NCBI GenBank assembly: GCA_964199315.1
Contig: OZ116705.1
Span: 2,976,001 to 3,040,000, forward strand
Direction: 5' to 3'
Length of the DNA stretch: 64,000 nt
From: Orbicella franksi
Lineage: Eukaryota
Of this stretch, positions 39,501 to 54,500 are shown in pieces. The notes under the pieces were generated by a model that saw nothing but the letters and a program-made list of their open reading frames with translations, searched no databases and was not told the origin of the DNA. The position numbers and the translations under genes were made by a program. Position 1 is the first letter of the stretch. Every line of letters starts with the position of its first letter.

Positions 39501-42500
39501 TTACAAACTGACATGCACCAATCAGGTTGCCTTTATAGTGCTCCATTCCACAATATATCATTCCGTCAAGGGCGACAAGCTGGGTTATTTACAAATCATG
39601 GAAATGCTAAAAACATTCACGAATGTTCTCAGTGGTGCTGTCAATCGAAACACTGTGACGTGGCATTCATGCTATCCAAGGACTGCTTTTTTGTACGTTG
39701 CCATAGTAACAAATCTTGTGACACATTCACAATCCATGGTTCTAAGTTTAACCCGAGGATGGTCTTCGTGAAAAAACAACGAGTTCAACTTGACGCTCAA
39801 CGCGAGAACAGTACAAGAAATACTTCAAATGGGGTAACAAATCAACCAGGTAGCTTTCAATCAAGCGAATTTATCCCAACAAGTGCAGCGATCTTCACAG
39901 TGAATAAGTCATCTGATTATTATGGGTATTTAATCTCAAGTGCTTCATTAAGTTTATCAGCAGCAGATCAACTGGCGGTACCATACGGTCCCATTGCTTC
40001 AAAAGCAGCAGGTTTGGATGTAAATTCACCTGTTGCAAGCGGTACCTCTGAGGATGACACCAGTCCCGAGGCCACACAACCTGTTCCAAAAGATGACCCA
40101 TCAAACTTCGTAGAGGTAAAAACGAACGGTTCGGAATTTTGGTGGCAGTTCTACAAGCCAGAGGGTATTAATCTAAGCAATTCAAGCTTCAAGGTCGAAT
40201 TGCCTGATGTCAGCGAAAGCACGAGAAATTATGCAGCCATTGCATCAAGTAGATCCGCTTCGCCAACGGTACGTGGTACTCATTCTCACAACCAAGAGCA
40301 AGGATTATGTAACCGCGCTAAGATTGTAAATGGAGTGACACTGACAGGAGGTTACTATGCAGGGATATTCAGCATGCAGGAAAACGTCACGAGCATGAAG
40401 CAGTGTATCTCAAGATGCTGCTGTCTATCCAAGTGCAATGTAGCTTTTATGGTCAGTAAAATTTGCTACGTGGTCCAGTGCTTCAGTAATGAGAAATGCA
40501 CTACTGTCAAAGCTCATTATGCAAGGCGATACCATCCACAGGTATCGTACGTTCGCCAAGGACCCATAGACACTTCACTGGATGAAGTCAAACATCATGT
40601 GACCGATCATGACCTCGTTACTGATAAGCTTCGTTGTGTATTGGATGACATCAGTGGGGCGAAGTACACGGTACCGAAAGGATCTGCGTTGGTGCACTCT
40701 TCAGCTCAAGATTTGGGTGATTGTGCAAAGCTCTGCTGTCAAACAAGAGGTTGTGAAGTTGCTTTAGTAGATAATGGTACTTGTTTCTCGTTGAACTGTC
40801 ATGGCAACATCACATGTCCAAACACGAACCTTTCACGTGATGAGCAATTTTTTTCACGCTCGGTAGTCGTGATAAAGGACTTGCTCCATTCACAAACGAA
40901 TTCAGAAGGCGTCGAGACCGAGGCCTGTGATTTCAGTAATGTCCTCCATGAAGTCGTGCTGCGCGGCGGCTCGCAGTCTGGAAAGTTCAAATACCTGATC
41001 GAAGTAGAAAACATGGACACTTGTATCAGAGAATGCTGCAGACATAAAGTTTGTGACCTCGCTCTCATGTTGAAGGACAACTGCTTCTTAGTGTCGTGTC
41101 ACAATGAGATGTTGTGTGACCCGATACCGTCCCGCTCCTCTGACTACCATCCCCAGATAGCCTACAAGATCAAACATGGGAAGCGACGGCATATTGGTAA
41201 GGAAGTTTCCTATTTACACTCTATTCAAACAGTGTGAGCTGTTGGACTAGGGTTTCAGTCGACGTTTTCAAGGCAGCGTTTTTTGTGTGGAGCTTTGCTG
41301 TGTATCAGAAGCTTATGCAATTCCCACTACGGTGAAATAGTTGCGACATTGATCAAAAGTAACATGATCTCGTTGTTATTCGTAATCACAAAAGATTATT
41401 CAGTCATTTCCGTAATCAATTTGGTTTTGAAGGTAGTTAAAGGTACTTAAGTCTTTCTTTCCATCCCGAGATTGTCAAACTTCGATCAAGAAACTTTTTA
41501 CTATGGTCTAATAATTTGTTTGTATTTGTTATATTTGTTTGTTTTTGTTTTTGTGTTGTGGCTTATCATTGCTTCTTTGCTCGTTTTCTTGATGCGTTTT
41601 GTTTTGAATTATGAACGAAAGTTAATAACAAAATGTTAAGGTTTCAATATCAATTTTAAGGTTGTGGTTAAGATTTCAAAGTAACCTCTGACAAGCGGGA
41701 AATTATAATAAAAACTGCTTCTTTTCCTAAACATGTACAGGTAAAAATTAAATTGTTTCTTTCTGATCAGAAAACCGGTCAAGAAGGGACAGAAAGAATT
41801 CAGCTACAACCAAGCACATACCTAAAGCTTCAAAAGATAGTAATGCAGAAAACGCTACGTTCACGATGGGTAAATTTTTCCCAGTAAGTACCGTTACAGT
41901 AAGGAACAGTCATTCCAACGAGAGTGGATTTGTTGACATAGCCAACAACAGTAAAGCTGATGAGGAGATGACTTCTAACGACACGGTGCTAGTGTCTAAT
42001 GAAACAGAAACCGACATCTTTGCCAACGAGACGACGCCGCAATACGTTCTGATGTCGCAACCATTGTTGACTTTAAACGATTCCAGGTCCGTTCTTGGGG
42101 GCAAGTCGACACTTGTCCATATGGAAAACAGTCTGAGTGTTAAGAAAACGGTGCTTCTTTCTCGGTCATTGAAAAGCAACAAAACACAGACGTTTTCAAC
42201 AGTGGCTCGGACCGCAGTAGTTGACCCAAGCGAGCTTACCAGCATAGAAATGCAATCGATGGAGAGGTTAAAGTCCTTTAAGGTGCTCTCTAACCAAACG
42301 TTTAATACAGAGGCTGCAGAAACCGTCGAGCAAACATCAAAGACCACCGAAGTGCAATTACAGTCGGCAATTTCGCAGGTTTTATCCCCTGCCCCTTTAC
42401 CTGATTCCCAGCCGGTGCTCAAATCTAGCGTTCACGTAAGTCAAGTTGAAACAAATGACTTGATTAAAACGCAGACCAGTAACGTCCAAACGGTATCCAT

Positions 42501-45500
42501 GGAGAATGGAAGCTCGTCTTTAAACTCTCAGATGTTAACGAGTTTAGGGGTATCGTCTGCTGTAACCTTAGAGAATTCCAATCAGGTGCAGACATCTCAG
42601 GTAGAAACAAGTTCTTCAGAAATAAATGAATTTTCTTCGCCAGCTCTATCGGATTTAAGTACTCCTCTTAACACTCCTGTAACCAAGCAAAAATTATCGT
42701 CAACACGAAATGGGCTTGGGCCACTTAACCTTGTTTCTTCAAATTTGTTAGTGGACCAACCTGGTCTAGCTTCCTTATCTTTGAAAGCCTCCTCCATCAG
42801 AAAAAGTAGTGGATCAGAACAAATATCGCAAACAATTCATTCTGTCCTACCCGAAATCTTCGAAACTGCTGGAATCTCTTCAAGCGTAGTTATCCTGGAT
42901 GAGAAAGAAAACCAAGCAATCCTATCGTCAGAAATCTTAGATCAATTAGAGTCAACTGCGAACGTATCGTGGGGAAGCTTCTCTTTAAGTTCAGGTGTGT
43001 CTTCGCCTACCAACGTTCTGTTTCGGAGTAGGGTAGACAGCCTTCCTCTGTCACGTTTAGAGACACCGAGCATCGCTCAAAGTAAAACAGAAAACTATCA
43101 AAGTTTCTCACTAGTCACTGGGTCGGTGCAACCCGGAACACAGACACTAAAGAAAACAGAAGGGTTCGGTCTTCAGAGCTTCATTTTGACAACGACAGAG
43201 ACTGTGTCAAGTATTAACAGTTATAGCAGGTCCAGCTCCTCTATAATTGTTACCCAAGGAAACAAAACAGTACCAGCCACTGCCACGACCATCTCCAAAA
43301 GTGAAGAGCCCAGTATGAGTGCTAATTTGCTCGATCAATCAAACGTGACGGCTCATGCAGATGAGAATTTGACTTCTCCATCTGTGCCTGGGCGATTCTC
43401 AAAGCAAAACCAAAATGTTTATCAGCGGAGAACATTTCCCTTCGTCTTGCCTACACCATCAGCAACCGTTCATGTTATTACTGAGGAGCCTGTGAATAAC
43501 AAAGCGTCTTCCTCTCTGGGCAATATACAGTCGATTGAGTTTGCAACAGTGCAGGAGGAACGAGATGAAATCCCCGCACTCACGCCAAGACTAGCAGGAC
43601 TTCCAATTTTGTCAGACGTATCTTCCATTGAGATCCATTCTTCGACTTCTTTTGTTAGTGCCAGCAGCCCTGGAGTATTCAATGAGAACAACGAGAAATC
43701 GAACGACAAGCTGATTTCTGCAAAATCAGACAGTTTTGTTGCAGTGGGATTGACGAGCCCACCATTGAAAAGGGAACCAGAGGCTGTTTTTTCAGAAAAC
43801 ATACATTCATCGACGTATTGGAGCCCAACACCGACTGCTACAACAGAGACATTCATAGCAAAGGCGTTTTCAAACCCAGAACTCGCGAACAGTGCACGAA
43901 GCGTGACACAAGTGACGTTTAAAGGTCAGAGCTCAATAAATCCCTTAATCGAAGCAGATGGAAGCGGTCTAGAAGCTGGTAGCGGTGAAAAGGCATCTCC
44001 TGTAGTGGGAGTTCAGGGTACCCGAGAAATCGATGAAGCGGATACACTTTGGCAGTCTACACAGAAAGTCTCGTCATTCAAACGGGAGGTAGCGCTGACA
44101 GTAGTAGCAAGCAGCCCATCATCGCTAGCACCATCGCAATTTTCACGTACGACACTTACACCATCTTTACAGCAGGGTGTCGTAACCAACATTGCAGCAG
44201 TAAAAACATCTACGTTATTGACACATTTTATACAGAAAAAGTCTAATGTTGAACCATCTGCCACGGAGAAGAATATCACTCAAGTGTCTGCTACTCAGGG
44301 AAAGCAGGCTGCTACTAGGAAAATTTCACAGCAAGATATTCCGGCTGAATTTTCAGTTTTACACCAAGGGGCAGCTGGTTCCTCGTCCGATGTGTCTCGT
44401 AACCAGAGTAGTGCGATATCGAAGTCCACAGAGACCAATAAGCTTTTATCTTCTGGCGTTTCACGGAAGCAATATCTCACTACACTTCCACTACAGGACT
44501 TACAAATTCAAAAGCAAATATCAAATGACGTTATTGCAGCATCAAGTACACTCAGCATTACCAAAAGTTTACAGACCTTAATGCCAGAAGAAACTTCCAG
44601 TTCAAATGCATCTTTATATAAACGGAAGACAATCCCAGAGTCAACTGATAGTTTTAAAACCTCCTCAGAGCCGTCACAGCAACAGATGATCAGTTTAGAA
44701 GGTTTGTTGAGTATTTATTCTCGTAAAACGACAACACTGTCGCTATCACACAGCAGGCCAGCAAACACTTCATCTACGGAATTTCACTCTGGGCTGGTTT
44801 CCTTTCGTTCAACTGCAACGAAGAACAGTATTGCTCTTCTCGCCGCAACTCACTCACAAGCTTCTGAGACACTTCAAGGTGTAGGAAAAATGACGCCTTC
44901 ACGCGTTTACAACGCAAATAATGAGATAAGAAAGAGCGAAGCTAGGGTACTGCTTGGAACGCCGTTTGTGCCACACAGCGTCAACACCGAGAACATTAGA
45001 AATTCCACCAAAGCCACTCCAAGTGTACTTGAACCCCAATCCAGTGGGAGGTTTGTAACGAAATCACTAACCATAGCATCGACATCTGCACTAGAAAGTC
45101 TTGAGGACACGCTGGGAAAGTTGCAGGGGAAAGAAAAAGTAGTCCGTACGCTAGCCAGTGGAATAGTTACAAGCCCTGTGTTTCACCATGCTATTCGCCA
45201 CATAGGAGATTTACTGAAGAATGAAACTGGATTAGTGCATTCGGTGTCTCGAATTGAAAGCATGTTGGGTCATCTACAGAACCTCTTAGCACGTGAAACA
45301 AGAAACCACGTGAGAAACTCGGTTAACTTTTCGTTTCCCTTGGTAGATACGGTACAGAAAGGCAATAGCTCTAACGAAATATCCAAGCAAGTAGATTCGA
45401 AACTTGATGGCATTTCAACGAAGCTAAAACGAATATCGTCAGTGCTCACTGAACTGCAGATAAAGAAAACAGAAAAAAATAGCACTATAGTTGAAAAGTC

Positions 45501-48500
45501 TCTTATAGAACGACCGGGAAATTTTACTACAGTCGACGAGAAGCACAACAGGCTTATTGAGCTCTTATTAAAGAGATTTTCTAAATTGGAAGCTGTGATT
45601 CAAAGGAATCGAGACTTTGTAAATTTCAACAGTTCTAAAACGCAAAGCATCGAATCAGTGAATGGAACCTCCGGTACAAGTGGTCGTGTCGTTCAACATA
45701 GCTCATCAAAAGGCTCAAGCAGCATAATAAAATCCAAGCAAGAAGCATCGGCCATGGTTTCATCGTCGAATGAAGCAACCTTTAGAATTTCCAGTCCAGT
45801 AACATCTCGGAGAGATCAGATATCTACGAATACTTTGCTTAGCTCCAAAGAAGTCGGCATGCATCACACGTCGACTACAATGAAATCAACTATTTCAATT
45901 TCATCAACACGGTACATGAATGATCGCAACGTTTCTCAAACCACAACAAATAGGCTGAATTTGGATTTGCTGCAGGTACCAAAAATCAGCTCGTCATCTG
46001 TTGACTTATTTACTTCACTTGTTGGTAGACCTTCGCCAAGAAACCTGATGACATCACATGACAGCGTAACGTTACTGACTGAAGTAACCAGCATTATGAA
46101 AGCAGCGTCGTCTTTGGTTCGTGCGAAGCCATCAATTGGAAATGCTGAAAACCATATTAATGTTTCAAGCACAGTTTTGAGGCCATCCGTATCTACGACT
46201 AGTTCAAGAACTGCCTCAGCTGTTGTTGGCGTCCCTCAATCAGTCAGTAGTCATCACACGTACAACAAGACACATCATGGTGAGCGTAGTGAGGAATTCA
46301 CGTTTGTGACATTTCGTAGTGGAATGGAGGCTGGTGTTTTCACCGATAGGGGCAAGGTGAAAAATATGGAGTCATGCGTAGAACGCTGCTATAACCATCC
46401 ATCGTGTCACGTGGCATTCATGGTAGGAAATAACTGTTATTCCATACACTGTTACAGTCAAAAAACGTGCGAAATTCTGCCCGTCCAGTCTCCTATAATC
46501 AGCACACGTGTTGTCTATCTCAAGGATAGAATGCTTAGATTACCATACAACACTACAACACAACCCAAAGCCTCTTCTTTAGTAACAGATGATAGGAATT
46601 TCACCATCAAGAACTGTGCCAAGAATGTAACAGTTCTCAAGAACATGACATTTCTCGCTGGAATGAGCGCTGGCAACTATACCGATTACGGAACTGTGGA
46701 TAGCATCCAGGCCTGCTCGAACATTTGCTGCTCTAAAAAAATATGCGATGCGGCGTTCATGATTCTCAATAACTGCTTTACAATCGACTGCATTAGTGAT
46801 AAAGCCTGCCATGCAATTCCATCAAGATCACATAAGGTAAACACATCCATTGTTTACTTTCGTAAGACTCTCTCTTCAGTGCGTTTTCAGCAAGTGCGCG
46901 TGGGGGTACCTGAGGCTAAGAGTCAGCCACTCTGCCCCCTTCTTAGCGGTGTTCTCAAGGGAGTTACCTTCAACGGGGGAATAAGAGCAGGCAACTTCAC
47001 TGATCATGGATTTGTCCAGGAATTCTCTTCTTGCATCGAGAAATGCTGTAGTTCGAAGACTTGTGATGTTGCGTTCATGGTCGAAAAGAATTGTTATTCC
47101 GTCAAATGTGCTGCAAACAAGAGACGCTGCCTTCCAGTAGTTGCAAGATCGAAGAAATTCAAAACGTTCATGGCTGTAAAGAAAACAGGCGACTTTCCAA
47201 AATTCTCTATTCCAGCTGGGAGCAATTCGACGTGTGCTCAAAGCGGGCCTACTCAAAACAATTTTACATTTCGTAGAGGTATCAAGGCTGGAAACTTCAC
47301 AGGTCGTGGTCAAGTAAAGAACATGGACAGTTGCATTCAGAAATGTTGTAGCAGTCCTTCATGCAGTGCTGCTTTCATGATAGGAAAACACTGTTACTCA
47401 GTCGTATGCTCCTCCGCGAAAGACTGCGAGACAGTGCTGGCAAAGAAGACAAACCTCATTACGTCTATTGCTTTTGTGAATAGAGAGAGGGGGAAGGACA
47501 AAGCTGAAGAAATTGAGTCAAATCAACGAACGACTTTTACAAGAAGCATTCTAGGGGGCCATTGCGATGTCACTGATGTGCAGCATAATGTAAATATTAC
47601 TGGAGGATGGAGAGCAGGAAAATTTCTCCGAATTTCTGATATCAAGGACATGAAAAAATGCACGGAAGCTTGCTGCGATTATCATGGATGTGGTGCTGCC
47701 ATGTTCATCGATAAATACTGCTACAACTTAATCTGTTTTAAGCAGCGAGGCTGTCAGCTGATTGGGTCAAAAGAGGCCTTTATGATTGACAAATTTGTCG
47801 CGGTACGCAAGAACGTGGGCCATGTCCTGTCACCTTTCAAGAAAGCGCAAATTGCTACGCTCACTGCGTTTAAAGAGCATATGAATCACTCCTCGTTCAA
47901 GCAAGAAGTCCGCAACGCAAACAAAATTCGAAACCGATCGACGATTTTTAACTTGGAGACACCTGAGAAGACAAGAAATGGGGATGACCTACACAAACTG
48001 TCACGCTCCGTGATGCAATCTCTATCCATCCAGCCCACACGTACGCGCTTTTTAACCAAAAGCGAAGGTCTTGATAAAACAGTTTTCAATTCAAACGCCA
48101 AGAAACATGAAATTCCCTTCTATATCTCTTCAAAAGTTAAAGACCGCTCTCTGATTCCGTCATTGTTGAGGACACCTCATTCTCATATAAAATCATCCGC
48201 TGCAAGTTTGCAAGATAGCCCAAGCATCGCAGTTAGAAATACGTCATCTATCTCCGTTACAAAGCAGCTGACCAACGTTCAAGATAAGACGCAAAGTGTA
48301 GGCACGTTAAAGATCTCAAACTCTAAGACATTATCACCGCTAATAACAGACACTCCTGCCATGTTTAATCCTTCTTCATCCACGAGCAAAGAATATAAGT
48401 TGCCAAGGCAGTCACTCAGTTTGGACACGCCATTCACAACTTCCAGCAATTTTACAGAAGAAGTTTCTGTTTCTAGCGCAAGTTCTGCGATTAGTGACGA

Positions 48501-51500
48501 TGGAATCAACGTAACTGCAGTGCCACAAGAGGGGTACTCATTCAAGAGCGATTATAGTCTACTAAAGGGAAAGGCTAATCACAAAACAAAAAGGACATAC
48601 GCCTGTACCCATACGTTTGTCTTTAACAATGCAACTTTACGCGGTGGACTCAAAGCTGGAGATGTCAAGAATGAGGGTAAAGTGGAAGGAATGGAGGAAT
48701 GCGTTGAGATGTGTTGCAAAACACCAGAATGTAACGTGGCGCTGCTGTTGAAGGAGAACTGCTATATTGTGGCCTGCTTTAACAAAGAGAGCTGCGAGGC
48801 CGTCCCTTCTAAGCAAACGAAAGGCAGAACGAAAGTCGCGTATGTCGCGCGCAGTAAGGACGAAACAGAACTGATTAAACAACTTATCAGTCACACAGAA
48901 ACATCAAAAACTAACGTGTCAAGCGCCAATAGAACTAAAGATGGCAAACCAACAGGAAACAAAGATTTTCAACCTGCAGATGTTGCTATTAGACAAGGAT
49001 CGTGCTTTAGAAGCCCCATTTTGCGCGACGTTCGTTTTAAGCTTGGCAGACACGCTGGCGATTTCAAATCAGTTGGTTTAGTAAGGAATGTTGACCGATG
49101 TGTAGCGTTATGCTGCAAGGAACGTGCGTGTAACGCAATCTTCATGTTGGGATCACGTTGTCATCTGGTTTCCTGTTCTAATGAGCAAGATTGCCAGACT
49201 GTTGAGGCAAAGTCGAAGTTTTACAAGCCCACGGTGGTTTATTTAGCGAGGTCCAAGGTCGAAGTAGCATACTTTTTCAAGCTGATTTCAAAGGAGGCGC
49301 TCGGGAAATATCAAGACAACATGACTCTTGCTGTGAACGCGTCAACTGATGAGGATGAGTCAGCAATACGCAGATCACAACTGGAACGCCCAGAGTGGAA
49401 TACAAGCGTCGGTGTGTCGTATTCGCAAAGGAGTAATGTAAACGTCACCGCAGCATCTGAACCTTCAAATGCCTTTACTACTCTGGAGAACGTTACGCCA
49501 TCACTGAGCAGCATGAGTGTTCCAGTAATACCACAGTCTACACCGCAATCATCAAATATCGTCTCCCCTCCGGAAACAATGGCGGTGGTGTTAAGTAGTA
49601 CGAATGTCACAGCACCAGTAGCAGCAATTCCACGACTGGATTCATCAATTGCTGCCACTACTATGAAAATCGTACCACCATTAGCCAGTGTAGAGGTTAC
49701 AGCAAACCTTAAGCCAGCACTGGAATCTTCAAATGCCTTCCCTCTTCCTAAAGAACTCTCAAGATCATTTAGTATTTTGAATGTTACACACACGTTGACA
49801 TCATCAACAACGCTAACGACACCAAAAGTCTTTTCATCTCCACAAGAACATAGGTTATCACTTTATCAGCATGGTGTGGCAACGTCAAACTCAAACACGA
49901 AATCTGTTACAACGTCGCTTTTAAATGCTTCACGTTCTCCTGTTCTTCCATCTAATGTTACTAACATGCCTTTGAAGCCATTAACGATCACTACCATAGA
50001 GAGACGTGGAAACGAGAGCAGTGAACCGAAGACTCACACCAGGTCTGGGCTATCAGCAAAACACTATTTGTCACAGGAGAACGCGATAGAAGAGAAACCT
50101 ACTATGGCTAACACAACTGCAACTCCTACTCCTGGTGTGAAATCCTCCATTCAAGCACAGTTAAAAATGGTAGTGACAGACATCACGAAATCAACAGATA
50201 CCGTAAGTCAGCTTAGAGAATCTATAACACGACTGAATATAAGTCGAATAAAATCCCCAGTGGCTCAATTTGAGGCCAGTAAGATTCGGTCATCTGCAAG
50301 ATTAACGCCAAAGATCTCAAGTGTACAGGAGACCCTTGAGCGCAGCAGATCAGACGAGACAATCGCAACAGTACACTTTGCAAAGAAAGAAGATGTGGAT
50401 ATAATGATAACGAAAGTAGATAAGATATCTTCAACTAATCCGCGTGCTAGTTCTGTTTTTGGCTCAAATTATGATTATTCTACGGCAAATTTTGCCGCCT
50501 CGCATCCAACGCCAGCCCCAGCAAGAACAGAAGTTGAAACCTTTCCCGCGAGTCTTGCTCGACACGGGTCCACGGTTTCTCTGCAAAGCGGCTTACGAAC
50601 CTTAACAGCTGCTCATCAACAAAATGGAAATATCAATGAATCCTGGCGCCACATATCTCAAGCTGACAGCACAACAATGGTTGATACCTCAGACGTACCA
50701 TCTGGAAAACTACATACCAATTCGAGTGTCTCTATCATCGTACACAGCAACAAATCCAGTGATGTAACTTCTATCGAGAACAAGGCGTCCGGCATAGAAC
50801 CAACAAGACGGCACTTTGTCAACGAGCACAAGAGGGGTGACATTGCAATGTTGAGGAACTCAGCGTTTCAGAAATCTCCCGGGATACTATCACATTTACT
50901 GATTCCGTCTTCATTTGTGTCTCAAATCAATGCTACACCTGGAACGGGTAAACAGCAAGTAATGACAGTGAATCAACCCAAGCTCGCAAATCTGAAAAGT
51001 GTGTTCCAATCATCTATATTGCCGATAAGTAACAATAGTGAGAACACGTCAATGGCACAGACATTACTGCCGGGAGCCTCAGACAGTAAAGGTATGGTGA
51101 CGACTAGATCCACATTGAATGGACCCCACTACATTCAACCGTCACCCACCACCAGAGGGAGAAGAAGTTCTTCAACGAGCGAGTTATTGTTAAGGGAATC
51201 TCCCTCTATAGGGCTCAGGGCTCAGAGAATTTCAACATCAGCTGTCCCTCTTTTGACATCTTCAGAGGTTTTGTTTTCTTCAATCCCCATTCAAAGATCA
51301 TTTACTCACATGATATCATCTAGTCGTGGCGCTGAGGTATACCCCACACCTGCAAGTCACACCCTTGAAATAACGAGAACCAAATCAGCGTACGCACCAT
51401 CCTCTACACGGCGAATAAATGCTACAACTATTTCATCTTTGCTAGCATTGGTATTAGGGGGCATGAAGACACCTTTGCCAGCGTCATCAATCCAATCAGT

Positions 51501-54500
51501 CTTGCCAAAGACATCTCGATTAAGTTCCACTTTGTCGACGTTACTTTATCTAAGTGATGTCGTGACTGCAGTAAAGCCTACCACAACAGGTTCCAAACTA
51601 CTTAAGGGAACGAACGCGGTTGACGATCCCCGCCTCATATTGACAGCTCCGCACATACCCTATACTCTTCACTCGCCCACAGTTAGCAGAATCAAGAAAA
51701 TATCTTACACATCAGAGGGACTTATAGCTACAAAAGTTGTCTTGTCATCTGAAACAAAGTCTCCACTTAGTACATCTAACAACAATCTTCTAGCAAGCAC
51801 AACAAGAACGATTCCACTGCCAACAAGTTCTTTCAAACTAAGTTCGGAAGTAGCTTCAAAGTCAATGGTTCGATCAAGAGGAAATTTCCGAACCTCTTCA
51901 TCTGTTCAGCCGTATCTATCGACGACTACAAATGCCTCAGGAAAGCCAAGTATTTCCTCTGCATTCCTTCCTCGAAACGTTTCATTCCCTCCACATTCAC
52001 ACATAAATGACTCAGTTGTGAACAATAGCTCCAGAGGAGAGTTTGTTTCAAAAGAAACGCATTATTTGTCACATACAACCTCCCAGTTGCTCCATCATTC
52101 GAAACTGATTAAGACTTCGCTCAAAGTGGAAAAAAGTGTAACAATGCCACCCGGGAACCAAAACCAGACGTCGTCTTCCTTGCTAAAAGCCAAGGATCTT
52201 CTTCAGTCACTTCAGGGTTTCATCTCAAATATGGCGTCCAAGCGACAAGCAATTCTGAGAAACGGAAAGACTCAAGACTCCGAGAAGCAGAACATTTCTC
52301 ATGACAGTTACCAAGCCCACCAAATTGACGAGATTTTAAAAACATTAAGTTCTGATTTTCCGAATATACCTCAAATAAAGGCGCTTAATCAATCCGTTTT
52401 GATGTTGGTTTCCAACACCTCAAGAAATGCAAGCGACTTTATGTCGGTGAAATCACTGCTTAATAATGTTCGAAACATCCTCAGCCATAGAGAAACATTG
52501 CTCCACAGCACACCTCACTTAGCAGCCAGAACCACCACCCAAGGTATGTCTACTTCAAGTGTGACGGTTGAAAAGAGGTTGAATTTCTCTTCTGTCAATA
52601 TAAAAGACATGCCAGGAAGAACCAAGAGTAATGTTCACGGGCCAAGCAGCCAGATATCATCGAAGGTGACTGTGAATTACAGAAATGTGTCACTTGCTTT
52701 TCCACCATCAATCAGCAAAGCGGACAATGCTTCTTCCCAGTTGCTTCAAGTTGCCTTCCCTAGTGAAGCAAAAACTCAACATTCATCTTCCGTTGAGTTG
52801 CAAAAACGTGTAGAAATACCCTTCGCTGGCAGACTACTGGAACAAATTAAAGTACTTCAATATTCATCCATGCTTAAACAGCGGCATACACCAACAGATT
52901 CTACACCAATAGCCGGAGGGCTGCTAGAACAGATCAGACCTCTTCATAAATCACCACAACAACCCTTACATACCATCTCAGCTAACTTATCGCAGATGTC
53001 TAGCGAAAGAGCTCCTTTAATTACGAAACCTTTGGCAAGCAGAAGCTACACACGGGAAGCTGACAAAGAAAACCAAGATAAAGCAACTTCCGTCGAAAAT
53101 TTGCAGCCCACAGTTGAACTGTCAAGTATAATAAGCAGTAACAGTAAAGGTGTACCGCCAAGTACTTCAGTTACTGAACGTTCAGCTAAATATGCTAGCA
53201 GTAGAGAAAGGGATATTCACAGCAAGTCCCCAAAACATTCTACAGGTGTCTCTTATTCTAAAACATCTTTCACTTCACAAACTGCATCTCCATCGCCAAA
53301 GAGGGACCTTGAAAAACGAACATCGCATGTGAGACGCACAGGACCTGTGACAGTTATCACAGCAATCCCGTCAGTGATCATAAAGCCACTAGAAATTGTA
53401 CATAGCAAGATATCAACACCTGTATTAACTAACACGCCTGCTCCAAAACGTCTCCAGTCACTCACATTGTTGCAAGGAAGTAGAGCGCTTACAAAAGAAA
53501 CGAGTCAAACAGTTAAAACTACTCTCGGTCACAGTGCAACGATCAGTTTTCCCTCAACTAAATCAGATTCAACAGAGAAAACGTGGCACAAGGAAAAGAA
53601 TAGCATGTTTGGATATTTTGCTAAGCTACTCAAAAGCATCAAAGATATTTTAACTAAAAAGAACTCCAGGCCTGGTCGTGAGTCTAATGCCGCGTCAGTC
53701 TGGAATGGACCGACCCCGTCCTATCAGCACGTTACAAAAGCGACATCTGTTTCATCAGGTCTGAGGTCTGCACTTGCAGCACTATTCATTACACCTCAGC
53801 AATCCGTTGTCACGTCAATTGCTTCAAGTGTAACGCCAACGAAACCAAGTTCATTGCAACTCCTGACTTCCAGAGCCTTGGATATTTCACTAGCGATGCA
53901 GCCCTTGCATCAAGTTGCTTTAAACGTCACCGGAATTCGACAAGCGGCTTTGTGTGAACATTCCCCCTCCCATGAGAACGCGACGATGCGAGGTGGAATA
54001 GACTCAGGTATCTTCAAAGAGGTGGAAATGGTAAATAACGACGCCGAGTGCATCAGTCAATGTTGTTTTTCCAAGACATGCGACGCCGCATTTTTGCTGT
54101 CGAATCGTTGCTTTCTTGTCACTTGTAGGAGCAAGACACTTTGCCAGAGCGTCCCAGCCAAGAATGTCAAATTCAGACCCAGAGTGATCTACATAGAGAA
54201 GCGAATGGCGCTAGCCAAAGAGGAAAGAAATCAGGAATCATTGAAACTCTCTCTTTCCCCGAGTCCAAGGTTTGAAGCTTCCCTAACGAGCTTTCAGTTC
54301 AGCAGGTCAGTAAAATCCAGTATAAGTTTAAATACACCACGAATTAAGAGCCATGGCGGAAAGGCTGTCTGTCAATCTTCCGGCATTCAACAAAACGTGA
54401 CTGTACGAGGTGGAATAAAAAGCGGGCACTTCAAAGACCAAGGAACTGTTGAAAGTATGCAAAAATGTATTGACCTGTGCTGCAGTGAGCGCAACTGCAG

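Noticed and set aside
41725-41770. AG|GT recursive or alternative acceptor at 41740
   Set aside because: Use as an acceptor gives an immediate in-frame TAA, and the remaining 30 nt is too short for an intron.
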